Origin: Trichosphaerium sp. ATCC 40318
Taxonomy: Eukaryota; Protista; Tubulinea
NCBI GenBank assembly: GCA_038496445.1
Contig: JALMLS010000022.1
Span: 62,001 to 126,000, forward strand
DNA: 64,000 bases
Reading direction: 5' to 3'
Of the stretch, positions 25,507-39,300 are shown one piece after another; the first letter of the stretch is position 1; every line of letters starts with the position of its first letter. Below the pieces are notes generated by a model. The model had not been told where the DNA came from, did not search any database, and saw nothing but the letters and a program-made list of their open reading frames with translations. The position numbers and the translations under genes are program-made.

Positions 25507-28500
25507 ATGAGGGCGAACAAGGTGGTCAATCGCACTGGTGGGGTACGACTTCCTTATTTACATTACAATAGGTGTTGTTTACAGTGCAATAGGTCGAAAC
25601 AGAAGATGGCCGTACACTGTACGGTATGGACGCCGAACAGTACCTAAAGGTACACAATTGAACTGTGAAGGCTCCCATAACGTTGATTTACCAGGTAAAA
25701 TCAAAAGAGGACCCAGAGCTCGAACTACGAACTGGTAAATGGATAGAGGAATGTATTGGAGAAAAACTCATAGATGCTGGTATTAAAAACCTCTAAAAAT
25801 CATTTATCTGATATCTGTAGGCGACCTATACACCTCGTTACGCGATGGTATCGTTTTATGCAAGTACGACGGAGAAATCAACCCTTTTGTTGCAAAAAAA
25901 ACTGTTTTCTGACGTTTTGTTCTCTTCTTGGTTTGTAGACTTATTAATAAGCTATACCCTGATATCATTCGAAAATTTAATACACCTAAGAGTAAAACAA
26001 GGCCTTTACATCCACTACAAGAACGTGTACGTCATTTTTTGTTCTATGACATTTTGGTTTTGACACGTGAAAATTAAAAACCAAGTTTCACTTTTGTCGC
26101 GCACATAGTGTTGATAAAAATACCGACTTGTTTACTATTGGTTTGATAAAAAACATTAGCACCCACAGCCCTATTTTGAACTTGTTGAATGGATTTACCA
26201 ACTAGATCTTTGCTTTTTTTGTCAATTTTGGTCATTTGACATGTCAAAATGACATTTTTACGACGTTCTTTGGTTTTATTGACATTTGAATGAAAGGAAA
26301 ATATTACCTTGTATTTGGACGCTTGTTGGCGTATTGGTATGCCAAGTCATTCTATGTTTATTATACCTGATTTACATTCACGTCGTTATATGCCTCAAGT
26401 ACGTTCTTACACATGAAAACAAAACAAACAATTATTGCCTTGCGATTTCTGATATTTCTTAAGGTTATTCACAACATAGCACTATTATCCACTATGTCAT
26501 CTGAGGGAAGCGAAATTAAACGAGCACCTATAGTAGAAACAGCTCCAAAGAAAACAGGTGCACACTTCCTGAAGCAAACTAATGACTAATGGGTTTTTAT
26601 CTTAGATGTCAAGAAGTGGGATACTGTTCAAGCTTCTTACGAAAATCCACTAATAGGAGATCTCCCAGCTGATGAGCTTGAAGAAGAGCTTCTTAAAGCA
26701 AAAAAAGACCTTTTAGAAGCAAACAACAAGCTTGAAAGGTAAATCTTTGAAAGCAAGGATCTCACTCGTTTTTTTTCTCGTTTTTTCTTTCTCTTTAAAA
26801 CTACGTACCTTTGGCTAAACTATGTTTTTTTCCCTAGAATGCGTGTTGCAAAGGAATACACTGAAGGAGAGTTGGAGAAATTACGAGCTGAGCTACAGAA
26901 GGAAAATGTAAGCCTTTTTTATTTGTATTAATTTTGCTTGCTTTTGCGTTTATTGTTTTCTTGGTAGGATGCCACAGAACCTTCTAAGAATGTAACAAAT
27001 GTGGAAGCCCCTGTAAAAGATAGTAATGAGGACTCTTAGAGATAAAGACATACTCAATAGAGCTGCCAATAGGCAGATAAAGAGACTCAAAGACGAGCTC
27101 GCAGATGTTAAATCTAAAAAAGAAGATCTTGAAAATAATGACACAGTGGCTAACAAACAGATTTCAGAGCTTAAATTAGAGCTTGAAATGATGAAGTCTC
27201 AACAAAAGAAGGCTGTTTTTGTAGATACAGCTGCGCAGAATGAGATAAAACAGCTAAAAGCTGAACTGGCACAGGCGAAAGCATACAACACTGAAAGCTT
27301 GCATCCAAAATCTCCTGGTAGAGCAGAGGTACTTTTACTATTCCTGTTCTGTTGACTTATGATTGTGCAGGCGTCTAGAGACCTTAGTAGTACAAATAAT
27401 AACAGTAAAGCTGCCAAGCAGATTAAACAGCTGAAAGCTGAACTTGCTAAGATGAAGTCAGATAAAGTGAAATCATCTAAGAAGATTTCAAAGCTCAAAG
27501 CTGAGCTTGCTGAGATGAAGTCTACCTCTAGAAAATCAACCAGTGCTCAACCTAGTCCTAGATCAGCTCTTGTACGTCTTATTATTATACTATCATAGTC
27601 GCTAATGACCAACAAGCAAATGGGATTGTTAATGACAGAAAACGTTTTAAAAGAAGCAGAGATGAAATCCAAGAATAAAAACCCAAGAACTCGTCGAGTA
27701 AAGATAAAACATTCTCCTCTATTACACATGACAGTAAGACATACTCTTAACCTCCATGATATTAGACCTAGCTCATGTAATATTAGAGAAAAGCAGAATC
27801 AAGACACCAGAGAAGCAATTTGACAAAGGTAAATGGATTGATTACTTTTTGTTAGTGTGGTTTTCTTATACTCTCTGTCTAGTCCCATTTCTTCTATGAT
27901 ACACGACAACTTACTACAAATTCTGCAGATACATTATCCAGAGTACTGGATACTATCCTAGAAGGAGAGGAAGCTGTTCCAGAGGACTTGAAGGCTTGTA
28001 TGACATATTTTGAGCGAGATGCTGGAAGGCGTACTTTCATGCAGCTCCTAAGAGAGCATTTGGACTCAGATGGAAATAGCAAGAAAGTAGAGATGCTTAA
28101 GGAAGCATCCTTTGATCATTTATTCCAACTCTTCACTATGGCATTACAGAACATGAACTTGGGCTCAAACAACCAGTAAGTTATTATATGTTGGTTTGGG
28201 GTTTTTAAAGTGATCGTTGCTGTTTGTTTTAATGGTTTGTACTAGTGCTGATTATATCACTGCGAAGGGTATTATGGAAATGAGCTATATGTTCTGTAAA
28301 GTCAGGACAAGAGATGGCAGTAAAGTACTAATGTGTGCTTATGTAAAGAAACTAAGTGTTTGGCAAAACTGTGCGTATTTTACTTAACAAAATATTTAAG
28401 ATGACTCACTTCTTCTTTTCTCTTAGTGACCTTCTGGGAAGAGTACTTCTTGGACATACTATCAAAGAAATTCAAAGATATTGAAGAAGATCATATAGAA

Positions 28501-29016
28501 AGTGATCATTGGCCATCTCACTTGAAGGCGTTCACAACAAATGCTCTTTCTGAATTTGGTACATTTCAGCAAGAGAAAAAAACATCTCGTAGCTTTTTAT
28601 TGTTTACCTTATTTCTAGTAATCGCCAGAATGTGGGGATGGGGTCATATACATCCTGACACTAGTACGCTATTATTTAAGGCATAAACTGTATAAATACT
28701 AACTATGTATGATAGTAATGTCGTTCACTGAAGATGCAGCAAAACGTAACAACCTCGAGCCTAAACATATTAATATGCTCCGTGTACGTTGATATTTTTT
28801 TGGCGACATACCAAAAACCTATACTAGTATATATTCATGAACCTAACATGTCTTTTTTACTAGGCATTACTCGATGACAAAAAAGTAGAAGAGGAAAAAA
28901 AGAAGAAACAAAAGAAAAATGCTACAAAGGACATAAGTTCAAAAGATGGAGAAAAAAAAATTACACAAAGTGACTGGAGGAAAACAACTAGACGAAGTAC
29001 TAGAACACTTAAATAA
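25507..29016 (+). CDS. Calponin-homology domain protein with repeated coiled coils and SBF2-like C-terminal helical domain
   Basis: CH domain (KWIEECIGE..LRDGIVLCKLINKLYP..ENITLYLDAC), five IxxLKxELxxxKS/A repeats, and C-terminal VWQN..FWEEYF typical of SBF1/SBF2-type domains. Confidence 0.7.
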
Positions 29017-29099
29017 AATAATATTCACAGTACCTACAAAAAAGACACCCTTTTTATTGTAAAAATATCACTCTTCCTGTAAATGGTAGACACCAAACA

Positions 29100-29850
29100 G
29101 TGCCTTTATACCTACATCTGCTATGCAATATAGCGAGTTGTTTTAACCATTCGTCACTTGTATGAAGGCCAAATAAAGCCTTTATTATGCAATTGACTCG
29201 TTTAGCCACTAAGTCAGACAAGAACGCCACTTCTATCAGAACATCGGCAGCACATACTCAAACTTTCTCCAGGAATCATCTGTTAAACAATGTTTTTATA
29301 AGCACGTCAAGAGCACATAAATTGTATTCAGTGCTGTATCACAGCTTTTAAGACTTTCATAAATGCTACAAACGCACTGACAAGAACATAGCTAATCACC
29401 TCCAAAAAATTTCAATGTTAAATGTAAATTTATTAAGTGTCTTGTATTTCAAATGCTTGGATAGAGCACATTTGTCTTAAACAGAAGTTGAGTCTTTGTT
29501 TTTAGAAGAGTAGTAGTTAGTATCAGAACTCTAACAGAAGTATCACTAAGTTCTATTCTCTTAACACCTACGATTGATTTAGTACCCTCAGTTATCTGCT
29601 ACTGAAGTGTGATTAAGGTAAATGGCATGAACACCAGCAAGTGCTTAACAACTTCGTCTGTCACTGAAGTGCCCCTAAGATCAATAGCATGAGCGCCACA
29701 AAGCTTTGACACCTTCATCTGCTACTAAAGTGTGAACACCAGTGAGATTTTGCATAGAACGCGTAGGACTTTTGTTTGTATACTCTTTCAAATCTACTTG
29801 TAAGTTTCAAATACTTTTCACGTGTCGAAGGTCTTTCCAACCTTCTATTC
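29100..29850 (-). pseudogene. Frameshifted, intronless leucine-rich-repeat remnant
   Basis: The minus strand reads LTGVHTL..DEGVKAL / GAHAIDLRGTSVTDEVVKHL / AGVHAIYLNHTSVAD / GVKRIELSDTSV, with frameshifts and stops between the units. Confidence 0.6.
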
Positions 29851-29931
29851 CGTAAAAAGCTCTGAGAATGTTATTTTTCAGTGAACCATTTTAACTGGCA
29901 CTTTTTTATATTAGTACCAGTTTAAACGAAC

Positions 29932-32900
29932 ATGGCAACTACTCCGGTATTTCCTGTCACTAAGGTAGCTATTTACAAACACGGTGTGGCATATTTCGAG
30001 AGGTAAGCGACGAAAGAGTTGCAACGGATAAAAACCGTTTTTCTGACAACTTTTTTAGAGAAATAGAGCTAGAACCAGGCTCAGGACAAGTTGATCTCGT
30101 TTTTCATCATAAGGAGATTAACGATGTTCTAAAAACGCTTACTGTAGTTGATGAATCTGAAAACGGCGTGATTAAGAGTGTTTCATATGAAACAAGCGGC
30201 AAAAAAGAGAAAACAGAAAAAAACTCCCGTAGGCACGTCATTGTACTAAATAACGCTCGTTACTAACTCACGACGCAGAAAACTGATTGGAGACGGTGCT
30301 TATGGTATGTCAGAGTTACTATGGAATCTACGCGGCGTAAAAATCAGTTTCGACGTCAACAAAGCTGATACTAAGGTACATAAAGACAAGTTGTCACAAA
30401 AATACTTCAAAACGCACTAAACATAGTAACACTTCTCCAGACAAGGAACGTATGCGGTCTGCTTGTTGGTATAGAGAAGCAAAAGAAGTTTATAAAAGTA
30501 GACGAAAATACGAAAGTGCCAACAGAAAATCATGTCGTTACAATGCTTGTAGATGGAGATACAGTATGTAACTTTGAAACAGTAGAAATATCAAACCTTA
30601 AAATACACGATGAAGTTATAAAAGAGGTACAAAATGCGAAAAAAGCAGAAAATTTTCTAGCAGAAAAGTTTATCAAAACCCAGAGTCATCTGACTTGTTT
30701 TAGGAATTGAAACAATCTCTATTGAATAGTTTGGATACTAGACAACGTGAACCAGAAGATACAACAAGACAGGTTACGATCTTTGCTCATGGAGACAAAA
30801 AGAGGAAGATTAAGGTGCGTTTTGGTTTGTTTTGTAGAAGTATACTGTTCTCACATATCTGAAGGCCTCTTACGTCCTTGCAAATGCTGTGTGGAAAACC
30901 TCGTATAGAGTGAATATCTTGAACACAACAGAATCAGAATTTCTAAGCAAGAAAGGCAAGATTCAACTAGATCCTTGCGTACACCTACAAGGTACAATTT
31001 TTTTATTTCTTTAGAATATGTTCTCTTTGATCATGTCTTCGTCTTACATCGACTCACACTTCTTTTAAAGGTTGGGCTATTGTGAATAACAGCCGCAAAG
31101 AAGATTGGAGCAATATTTCACTCGTATTGGTATCGGGTGTGCCTATTTCTTTCAGGATGGAGCTTTATACACCTCTTTGGAAGTCAAGACCATTGTTAAG
31201 CTTGCATGAAGAAGGTGCTGTTCTACCACCTGATGAAGCATCAACCATAAGCCAAGTTGCAACTGTACGTTCTTTGGTTTTTATCACTAAACAATTTGTG
31301 CTCACGTGGATTTGTTCTAGACGACTAACACTAACAGTAACACCTCTGGTGGTTTTTCCAATGCGTTTGGTTCTTCTGCAGGACCACCCCAACCAGCACA
31401 ACCAGCACCGCAACAAATGCCACAACAACAACAACAACCGGTTACATTTGGATTTGGTTCTTCTAGTAGTACGTTTAGTTTTGATGCTGTATTACACAAC
31501 AGAAATAGTGCTTACTCTAGTTTTCAGATAACAACAGCAACAGGCAACAGTATGGTAAAGGTGGTTCCTTTGGTTATTCTTTTGTACCTGGAACTGCATC
31601 AGTACGCAAACAATCAGGAGGAACACGGACTATGGAACACGCAGATAACTTCTACTACCATGTTGATCATCCAGTTACTGTTAAGAAAAAGCAATCCGCT
31701 CTTGTACCTATTTTGGCCCACGTGCTCAATGCAAAGAATATTGCAATATACAACAAGGTACGGTTTGATCTCATATTATAGAATCCAGCAAGGAGCATAT
31801 AACAATCATCTAACCATTTATGTAGGAAGTTAGAGAGAAGAATCCGCTTAAGGCTCTTCTTATTAAGAACAACAGCACTATGCCTTTGACAAGTGGTCCT
31901 ATCACAGTTCATAAAGACAACTTGTATCAAGGAGAAGCATTGATGCATGGTATTAAGCCTGGGGAACAAATTGTTCTTCCTTATGGTGTTGAGCTTTCTG
32001 TATCTGTTACAGATAAATCAGAGTTAAAATATAGATTCGTGCATAGCATAGCCGTTTCGGGAGCATCAGTTGCTTGCACAAGGTACTTTTTTTTTACTCT
32101 TCAAATTGCACTTAAACAAACAAACCTTCATGAATGCATTCACGTGATTTTTTTTTTGTATCTATTTTGGGTTTTTTGAAGAAATAATTATCTTTTATAA
32201 CCTTTACCTAGACGTTGCTTCTATCATACTTCGTATCATTTTGATAATAAGGGAACTGCAAGTGCGAATATAATTGTAGAGCATTCAGCAAAATGGAAAA
32301 ATGTATTTGGCGGAGGTATAGATAAATCGAAACTGAAGAGTCAAGAACATCTTCTTGAAGTAACTGATAATGGATACCGGTTTGCAAGAAAGGCTACTTC
32401 AAATTCTATAACGTACGTCAGTAAGAAAAAAAGACTCACTGTCAGAGTAAACTTGAAATTCCGGCATCATTTGAACTCGCTTTACTTTTCTCATGATTTA
32501 AGCTTTTTTTATTTATTTTTATGTTAGGAGCTTGGACATAGTGGAAGAGGGTTTTAAGACCTCAATTTTGAGAATCGATCCGAGGATTACAGAGGAGATA
32601 GTTCAAAAGCATTTTAAAGCTAAAAATATTAACAAAGAGGTTCTTGACATTCTTGAGCCTTTTGTGAAATTTGCTGAAGAGATGCGCACTCTCAATGCTT
32701 CGATACACGAGAAACGTAAGGAGCTTGAGCAGGTCTACAGAGACTTCCAAAGGGTAAGTCTTTATACCAGTGAAGTAAAAGCAATACTAATCTTTTGTTA
32801 GATTGGTCAAAGTCTTAGTGACCTTGAAGGCGCTCAAGACCATGAGTTGAGGAATAGATGGGCTACAGAGTTAATGAGCCAAGAAGACTCTTTTAGAGAT

Positions 32901-33526
32901 ATTCGCAAAGCTATTAAAGAGTTAACAAAGGAAGGAGAAGCGAAAGAAAAAGAGTTCAATCAAAAAGCTAATGATCTAAGCGGAAATTTTACTCTAGAAG
33001 TTGGCGAAGAACAAGACCACTTTTGTTACTTCGGCACTAGTGGATTTGGATCTAATAATAACGCTTTCTCAGGAGGATCTCTTTTCGGTGCCCATAAACA
33101 ATGTAAGTATTTCTCAAAAGAGCTGTTTGATGACGTGTAATTATATGTTAAATTTTTTTTCTAGATGTTCAAGATATGGGTAAGAACTTTGCTATCTCTG
33201 CTGGTAAGAGATCAAGAGGTAAAAAGCCATCTGCGCCACCTCAACCTCAGCAACAGCAGCAGCAGCTTAAGAACGCGCTTGCAGTGCCTCCACCTGGATT
33301 TGGATCGTCCAATACAGGATTTGGAGCACCTCGTCAGGGAGGATTTGGTAGAGGTTCTGGAGGATTATTTGGTACAAATTCCAATACAGGATTTGGAGCA
33401 CCTCAGGGAGGATTTTCTGGAGGATTTGGATCAAATTCCAATACAGGATTTGGAGCGCCTCGTCAGGGCAGCGGTAGTCCTCCAGGAATGTTTGGAAATG
33501 AACCGTTTGGTTCAAACAACTCATGA
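29932..33526 (+). CDS. DUF4140/DUF4139-like protein with C-terminal coiled coil and FG-repeat tail
   Basis: N-terminal VTKVAIYKHGVAYFER, INDVLKTLTVVD, SYVLANAVWKTSYRV, GWAIVNNSRKEDWSNISLVLVSGVPISF and QIVLPYGVEL are DUF4139 signatures. The tail carries GFG/GLFG repeats. Confidence 0.8.
33290..33470 (+). repeat. Three copies of TCCAATACAGGATTTGGAGC encoding SNTGFGAP
   Basis: Direct repeats at about 33308, 33380 and 33437. Confidence 0.85.
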
Positions 33527-34108
33527 TGTTGTTAAATTATGTTTCACGAACGACTACAGAAAATAATAAAATTGACGTTTAGTAAACAGCCCTTGTAATT
33601 GTTTTAGTGTTCTTTCTGCGTTGGTTCTACCACTTCTTTGTATAAACGGAATTAATCAATGTTCCTCTTGCGAGTTACACGAGCAGAAGAGTGTATATTA
33701 TAATGTAGTGCGTACAACAGAAACAATTTAGGAGCATAGCTAGAATTTTGTTTTTTATCATTTTTTCAACGCCATTTTTATTCCTTTTGCTTGAATTAGA
33801 AGGGCGAATCCGCCCACAAACTCAAAGTTCTGTTGCGTTGGCCACATAATAAAATTGAAAAAAAATGTTTTTTTTTTGGTTCACACACCACGTGGGTCAT
33901 TGTAGAAACGCTTTTTATACTACTATGGTACAGTACTACGCCCTTGTATTATAAATACGCTATTTTTCGACTTAAGGAGCAACCAGTAAGCCTGAAAAAA
34001 AAAAAATTAGATAAAATAAAAAATTGTAACGAAGCACGTGCGTTCTCGATACGATTCTCAATATCAACACTTTCATACCCATACACTCATTAAATTCAAT
34101 CTTGCGCG

Positions 34109-34881
34109 ATGAATACTACCTCAGACTACGTAATTTCAGGTGGAGAAGGCGAAGAAGGTGATAGTAATGAAAACAATAACGAAATAGATGAAGAAGACGA
34201 TAGAAAGGTTGATAACAAGTATAAACGTAAAAGGTACGCGTTGTTTTGACTGTTAAAAAAAACAAAGACACGCTAAGTACACACTGTATCGCTTTTGTTG
34301 ACACCGCTTCGTTTTTTTTTTGTAGAAGCGACCAACCTGAGTATGCAAGACGTAAATCTCATAAGCTCGCAGAAAAGAAGCGTAGAGATCGTTTCAACGA
34401 ACAAATAAAGCTTCTAGATGAGTTGGTACCTCCAGACGAGGCTGAAGGTAGACGTAGGAAGAATAAGACGCAATCTTTGGAAAGAGCAGTTGAGTATTTA
34501 CGCAAGCTGCAAGATACCAACGTCCGCCTTGAGAGTGATGTAAAGGAGCTCCATGAAGAGTTACAAGCACTCAAAAGACAAAAACAGCATCACACACCAA
34601 TGAATATGGACAGGCTTTCGGAGGGATACCATTCATGTGATGATATGCTCAGCAGTGATGCTAGAGCCGAGATTGAAAGAGCACGTAAAATGCAATTAAG
34701 TTCAGTTGACGTTCTTGTCGAAGAACAGATGTCAAATGGCATGGAAGATAACGACTCTGCGGATGCTGATAACCATATGTTGGATAGAAGTGATAGCTCC
34801 TCTCATGGCGACATCTCTAATAACCATCGTCCTAATTACTTGATTATACCCAAAAACGTGCCGTTTTTATTCAACTTTTGA
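34109..34881 (+). CDS. bHLH-leucine zipper transcription factor (group B, E-box binding)
   Basis: RRKSHKLAEKKRRDRFNEQIKLLDELVP..NKTQSLERAVEYLRKLQDTNVRLESDVKELHEEL, with the H-E-R basic-region triad and one intron. Confidence 0.9.
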
Positions 34882-35365
34882 AGCTATTTGGGGAAAGCTA
34901 TGGACGCTCAGAACTGAGTCGTTTACTATAATGTAACCTTCTTTTTTTTTTGTGATTGTGAAATAAACAACTTTTAATTTTACTGGCTTTTTGATTCTAA
35001 TCGCTCAACAGATGTGTTTAATGAGATGCACCACCCTTTATAGCTTGGCACAGAATTACGAGAAATTGTTTGCCACTGATTTTCAGAAGCACATGCTGTG
35101 GAGCGTTAATATCTACTCAGTTGTGGAGTGTAAGCGACTTGGTATTTTCGCTTTTGTGGTACATTTGGACAAATCAGTTCCCACACTGCGATCTAAGTAG
35201 TGTCTTCAAGCCTACGATGTCCCAGAGAATCATATAGTGAACCGAGATTATTGGCATTGAGAATCTAATTCTTGTTAAATTCTGGTGAGATATTTCGAAG
35301 GACATTTCTTTTATGACTTAGAAAGGTGTCGACTTTCCAAAAAGAATCAGTCAAATTCATTAAGA

Positions 35366-36126
35366 ATGCAACTTCTCCTCAGCCTTACTGTTTTCCTGTG
35401 CTTTGTTTGCTTCGCTGCTAGCTCTAAATCGATTCCTTTCGTATACAACATCGGTGAGTGCAAACCATCGCAAGATAACGCCACTGAATACAGGGTACGC
35501 TTTAAAAACACGCTAGCATATACGATTAACTCTCCTTCAGTTGTTTTGTCACTCTGGTCCTCAAAAAATTATTACTAGCTTCGGTACAGTATAGACTTAG
35601 TAATGTAAACTCACCTGCAAGTATAGGAGCAAAGACAGGTGTTGAAACAAAAATCGAACACCGCGGATTCGGCACTGTCGGTACGCACTAGTAGCAGTAG
35701 CAAGCGCACCTAACTCTTAATGTAGCACACACAAACATTGTTGTTGAGCGTGCAACTGACGGCTCATTCACCTTGGTAACTCCTTCAAGACGTACGCATT
35801 AATAAAAAGCCGCTATTGCGCCAACTAACGATTATTTTGAAGTCGAGTTCGGAGTACACAGAGATAAACCACATGCCATGTTCGTACGCTCTCCAAAGGG
35901 AACCACTGCTCTCAGATTTGGCGAAGAAAACGCTGTGGTACGTTTTGGCGCTGTTTTCTTTTCGAAAGTCGAAAATCGCTAAATTCGGTTCTTTTACGTT
36001 TAGATTCCATTCGAAATCATTGGTGGTACTGGTAGCTTTGGTAAAGCAAAGGGATTCGGTTCTTTCACTATCTACAATGAAGGCGAAAAGATCACTGGTG
36101 ACGTTGCTGCTACTTACAACCTTTAA
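35366..36126 (+). CDS. Small secreted protein, dirigent/allene-oxide-cyclase-like beta-barrel
   Basis: Signal peptide MQLLLSLTVFLCFVCFA. C-terminal IPFEIIGGTGSFGKAKGFGSF matches the (V/I)GGTGxFxxAxG motif. Confidence 0.55.
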
Positions 36127-36315
36127 TAAGCAATGTAAGAACAGATATGCAATAAACTCGTATCATTTCAGACGCATTTTGTCAGCTGTTTTATGCGCAG
36201 ATACCTGCATAGCCTTTCAGCTTGCGTAAAGCACCAACATTAAGATGGTCTCTTAAGTGCAGTAGCTGGGATTTTTGAGACGCTTAACAGTCTAAAAAAG
36301 CTCCAACTCTTTCAA

Positions 36316-39300
36316 ATGGCATCAAGTCACAACGCCATAGGTATTTTACTTGTAGTGATTGCTTTGTCGCTTCAAATATACGCTCAGGACAAGTGCTTTG
36401 AAGGATTACAGCCTGATAACGCCTCCAAGTTCGGAACAGCTTTTGCTGCGCTTGAATCTTTTTATGTAGTGTCAGGAGCTACAGTACAAGGTAAAAAATC
36501 CTGACAGGTTTAAAATGTCATTGGCATTGTCGTTTAAAGTTCTACAAGCCTTATTTACCGCCAAACACGTTATTCAAGTACGCACGCCTCGCTAATAAAT
36601 ATATTTTCAAGAGAACGCCGTTTGGGTTTTTCAGAATCGCTCAGGCGTCTGGGTTAACGCTGAGATACCTGCGCCATCAACTACCGACGATTGGGGCAAG
36701 TCTATTGCGATTTCTAATGAATATCTTGTAATAAGCGCAGATGAAGTCGTGGAGGTATGATAAGAAAAAAAAAGCCTGGAGAAAATGTCGAAGGCCTTAT
36801 TGATTTTTCCGTTCCTAGGTTTTTGCTTACAATGAAGATGGATGTAAAGAGAATATAACTAAGTGCTGGCACTATGCAGAAACTCTAACAACTGAGAAAT
36901 GCCCTACAAACAAAACTTGTTCTTTTGGAAACAATGTGCACGTGGAAAATAACACTATTTTTGTTGGCTTGCCTAAAGGCAATGGAGGTATGGTAGTACT
37001 GGAATTTTAGTGTAGTATTATCACACAATATCCACAGAGTTAATTTTATGAAAAGGTAATGGCGAGGTCATTGTTTATGATCGTAATCTTACAAATTCGA
37101 ATATCAGTTTCGTTGAAACCGTACGATATTTTTTTGTTGTGACTTTACTTTCTTTTGACTCTTTCTTGACAGGCTACAATTACGCCTCCTGGTACTCTTA
37201 GTGATGCAGGGTTCGGAACCGCTATAGATTCTGCAGATGGCGGTAACGTTGTTATTATTGGAGCGCCAACAACTCTTGTTGGTGTTCAAGTACAACGTGG
37301 TGTGTCATTGGTGTATCGTAGATCAACACCGCCAAACTGGGCTCGTACGTAAAATAAATGTTACAATTTATCTCTCCTAATATATATGTAGTGGTTAAAC
37401 AATTGGATTCTCTAACTGATGGAGGTTGAGCGAGAAAATGACACGTGTTTGTTTTTTTCTTATTTTTTTGTAATAGGCTTACAAGAATTCGGTTCTTCTG
37501 TACTTCTTGTCCCAAATGGTGATTCTAGTGACTTGATTGCCGCAGTTGGAACAAGTAAGAACTTATTATTACTCTGTATTATTAAGGTGTTGATTTTATT
37601 TTCATAGACATCGTCTCTTCTCAAGGAAGGGCATATGTACTGACATCAGTTTGGGTTTTTTTTTCTGTTGACAATTTTGTTAGTTGTACTGTTGCGAAAG
37701 CACAGGTTTCAAGGAAACAATGATATTATCACCTGAGAAGTTTACTGTTCGAGCTAATTTTGGTTTTTCTCTTGCAGCAAAAGTCATTGGTTGGTCTTCA
37801 GAAAACAAATTACAAAATCAGTTAATAAATTTTTTAGGTAAAAATATACTTCTTGCCGTTGGTGGACCTTCTCTTCAAGTTACTCCAGAAGCAATGCAAG
37901 GTACATACGTTTCAACTATTTATATGTATTTAACTGTCTACAAGGAATTGTGGCAGTGTATGTTGTGAAGAAAGACTTGACAAGTTCCAACTTGAGTATG
38001 TTTTATTATTGGTTCTCAGTTCACTAACCAGCGTTAATGTAAGTTGATATCTCATACCTAAAATTTCCTGAAGTCACTGGTCCAGCTGCATACGGAACAG
38101 GGTTATATATAGCAGATGATTTGAGCGTTGTAGCATCTGCACCAATATACGAGTTCGTAGGTAAGCGTCAGTAACTTTTTTCCCTTTTTTTTGTATTTTT
38201 ATCCCGCTTAAAAAACCAAGGTATGCTATTTATTCATGATGTCTCAACGGCTTGGCGCGTGAACAACAAAGTCATAGATGATACTCCTTTATCAGTTGCT
38301 CAGAACGGAACTTTGTGTACGTCTCAGTACTTAGTGCAGATGATGAGCTTGAACTTTATTCAATGCCAATCTTAATAACTTATTTAATAGTAATTAATGT
38401 TTTGGACACCAGTCAAAGCTACATTGTCGAATTTACGCCAGTCGATTCTCCTCAAAACACAACGAATGCTACTGCTGTTGTGGTCGATGAATATCAACTT
38501 AAAACTATTGGTGAGGCTAAAAAAAAATTACCAAAACAATAGTACTTATTTATTTGTTTTTTTAGTACCTGAAGACACTTTTGACGGCTTAGGTACTACC
38601 TGCTCTATTACCCTCTTCAGTGATGACGCTAATAAAAGTTATAGTAACTGTATCAATTCGTAGCAATGGAGGTAAGTTATTTTCTTGTGGTCAAGACATC
38701 AACAGAAACATTGAAGGTACATCAAAAATAGATAATCTACGTTACAACTGTTAACAATTTAATCACAAGTGTTCACACCTGTTCCTGTACCTCCTACTCC
38801 AGCCCCAACAAATCCACCTACTCTACCTCCGGTTCCACCGACTAGGGCTCCTACAACAAAGGCACCGCTTGCTCCTCAGTCTCCACAAGTACCTTCAGCA
38901 TCCCCAACAAAAGCACCTAGCAAACCAGTTCCTTCTTCTCCGAGCAAGCCTGTTCCAACGCCGCCTACTATGCCTTCTGTACCTTCAGCATCCCCAACAG
39001 CAAAACATCCAACTACGCACCCTACAACTCATGCGCCACCATCCAATAACAGTACCAATTTTTTTCAAATATTATAGCTTTATTAAACGGATATAGGCAT
39101 GCCAACCTCTGCACCTACTAAACCTGTATTACTCCTATGGCAAGAAATACTAATTGGCGCTGCTGGAGGTAACGAGTTTTTTGGTTTTAGAGTTGTTTTT
39201 GTTTGTTGTTGATCGAAGAATGCTAATGGAGTTTTTTTTTTCTAGGACTTATTCTTATTGGTATTGTTATCATTGTTTTAGTTTGCTGTTGTTTGAAAAA

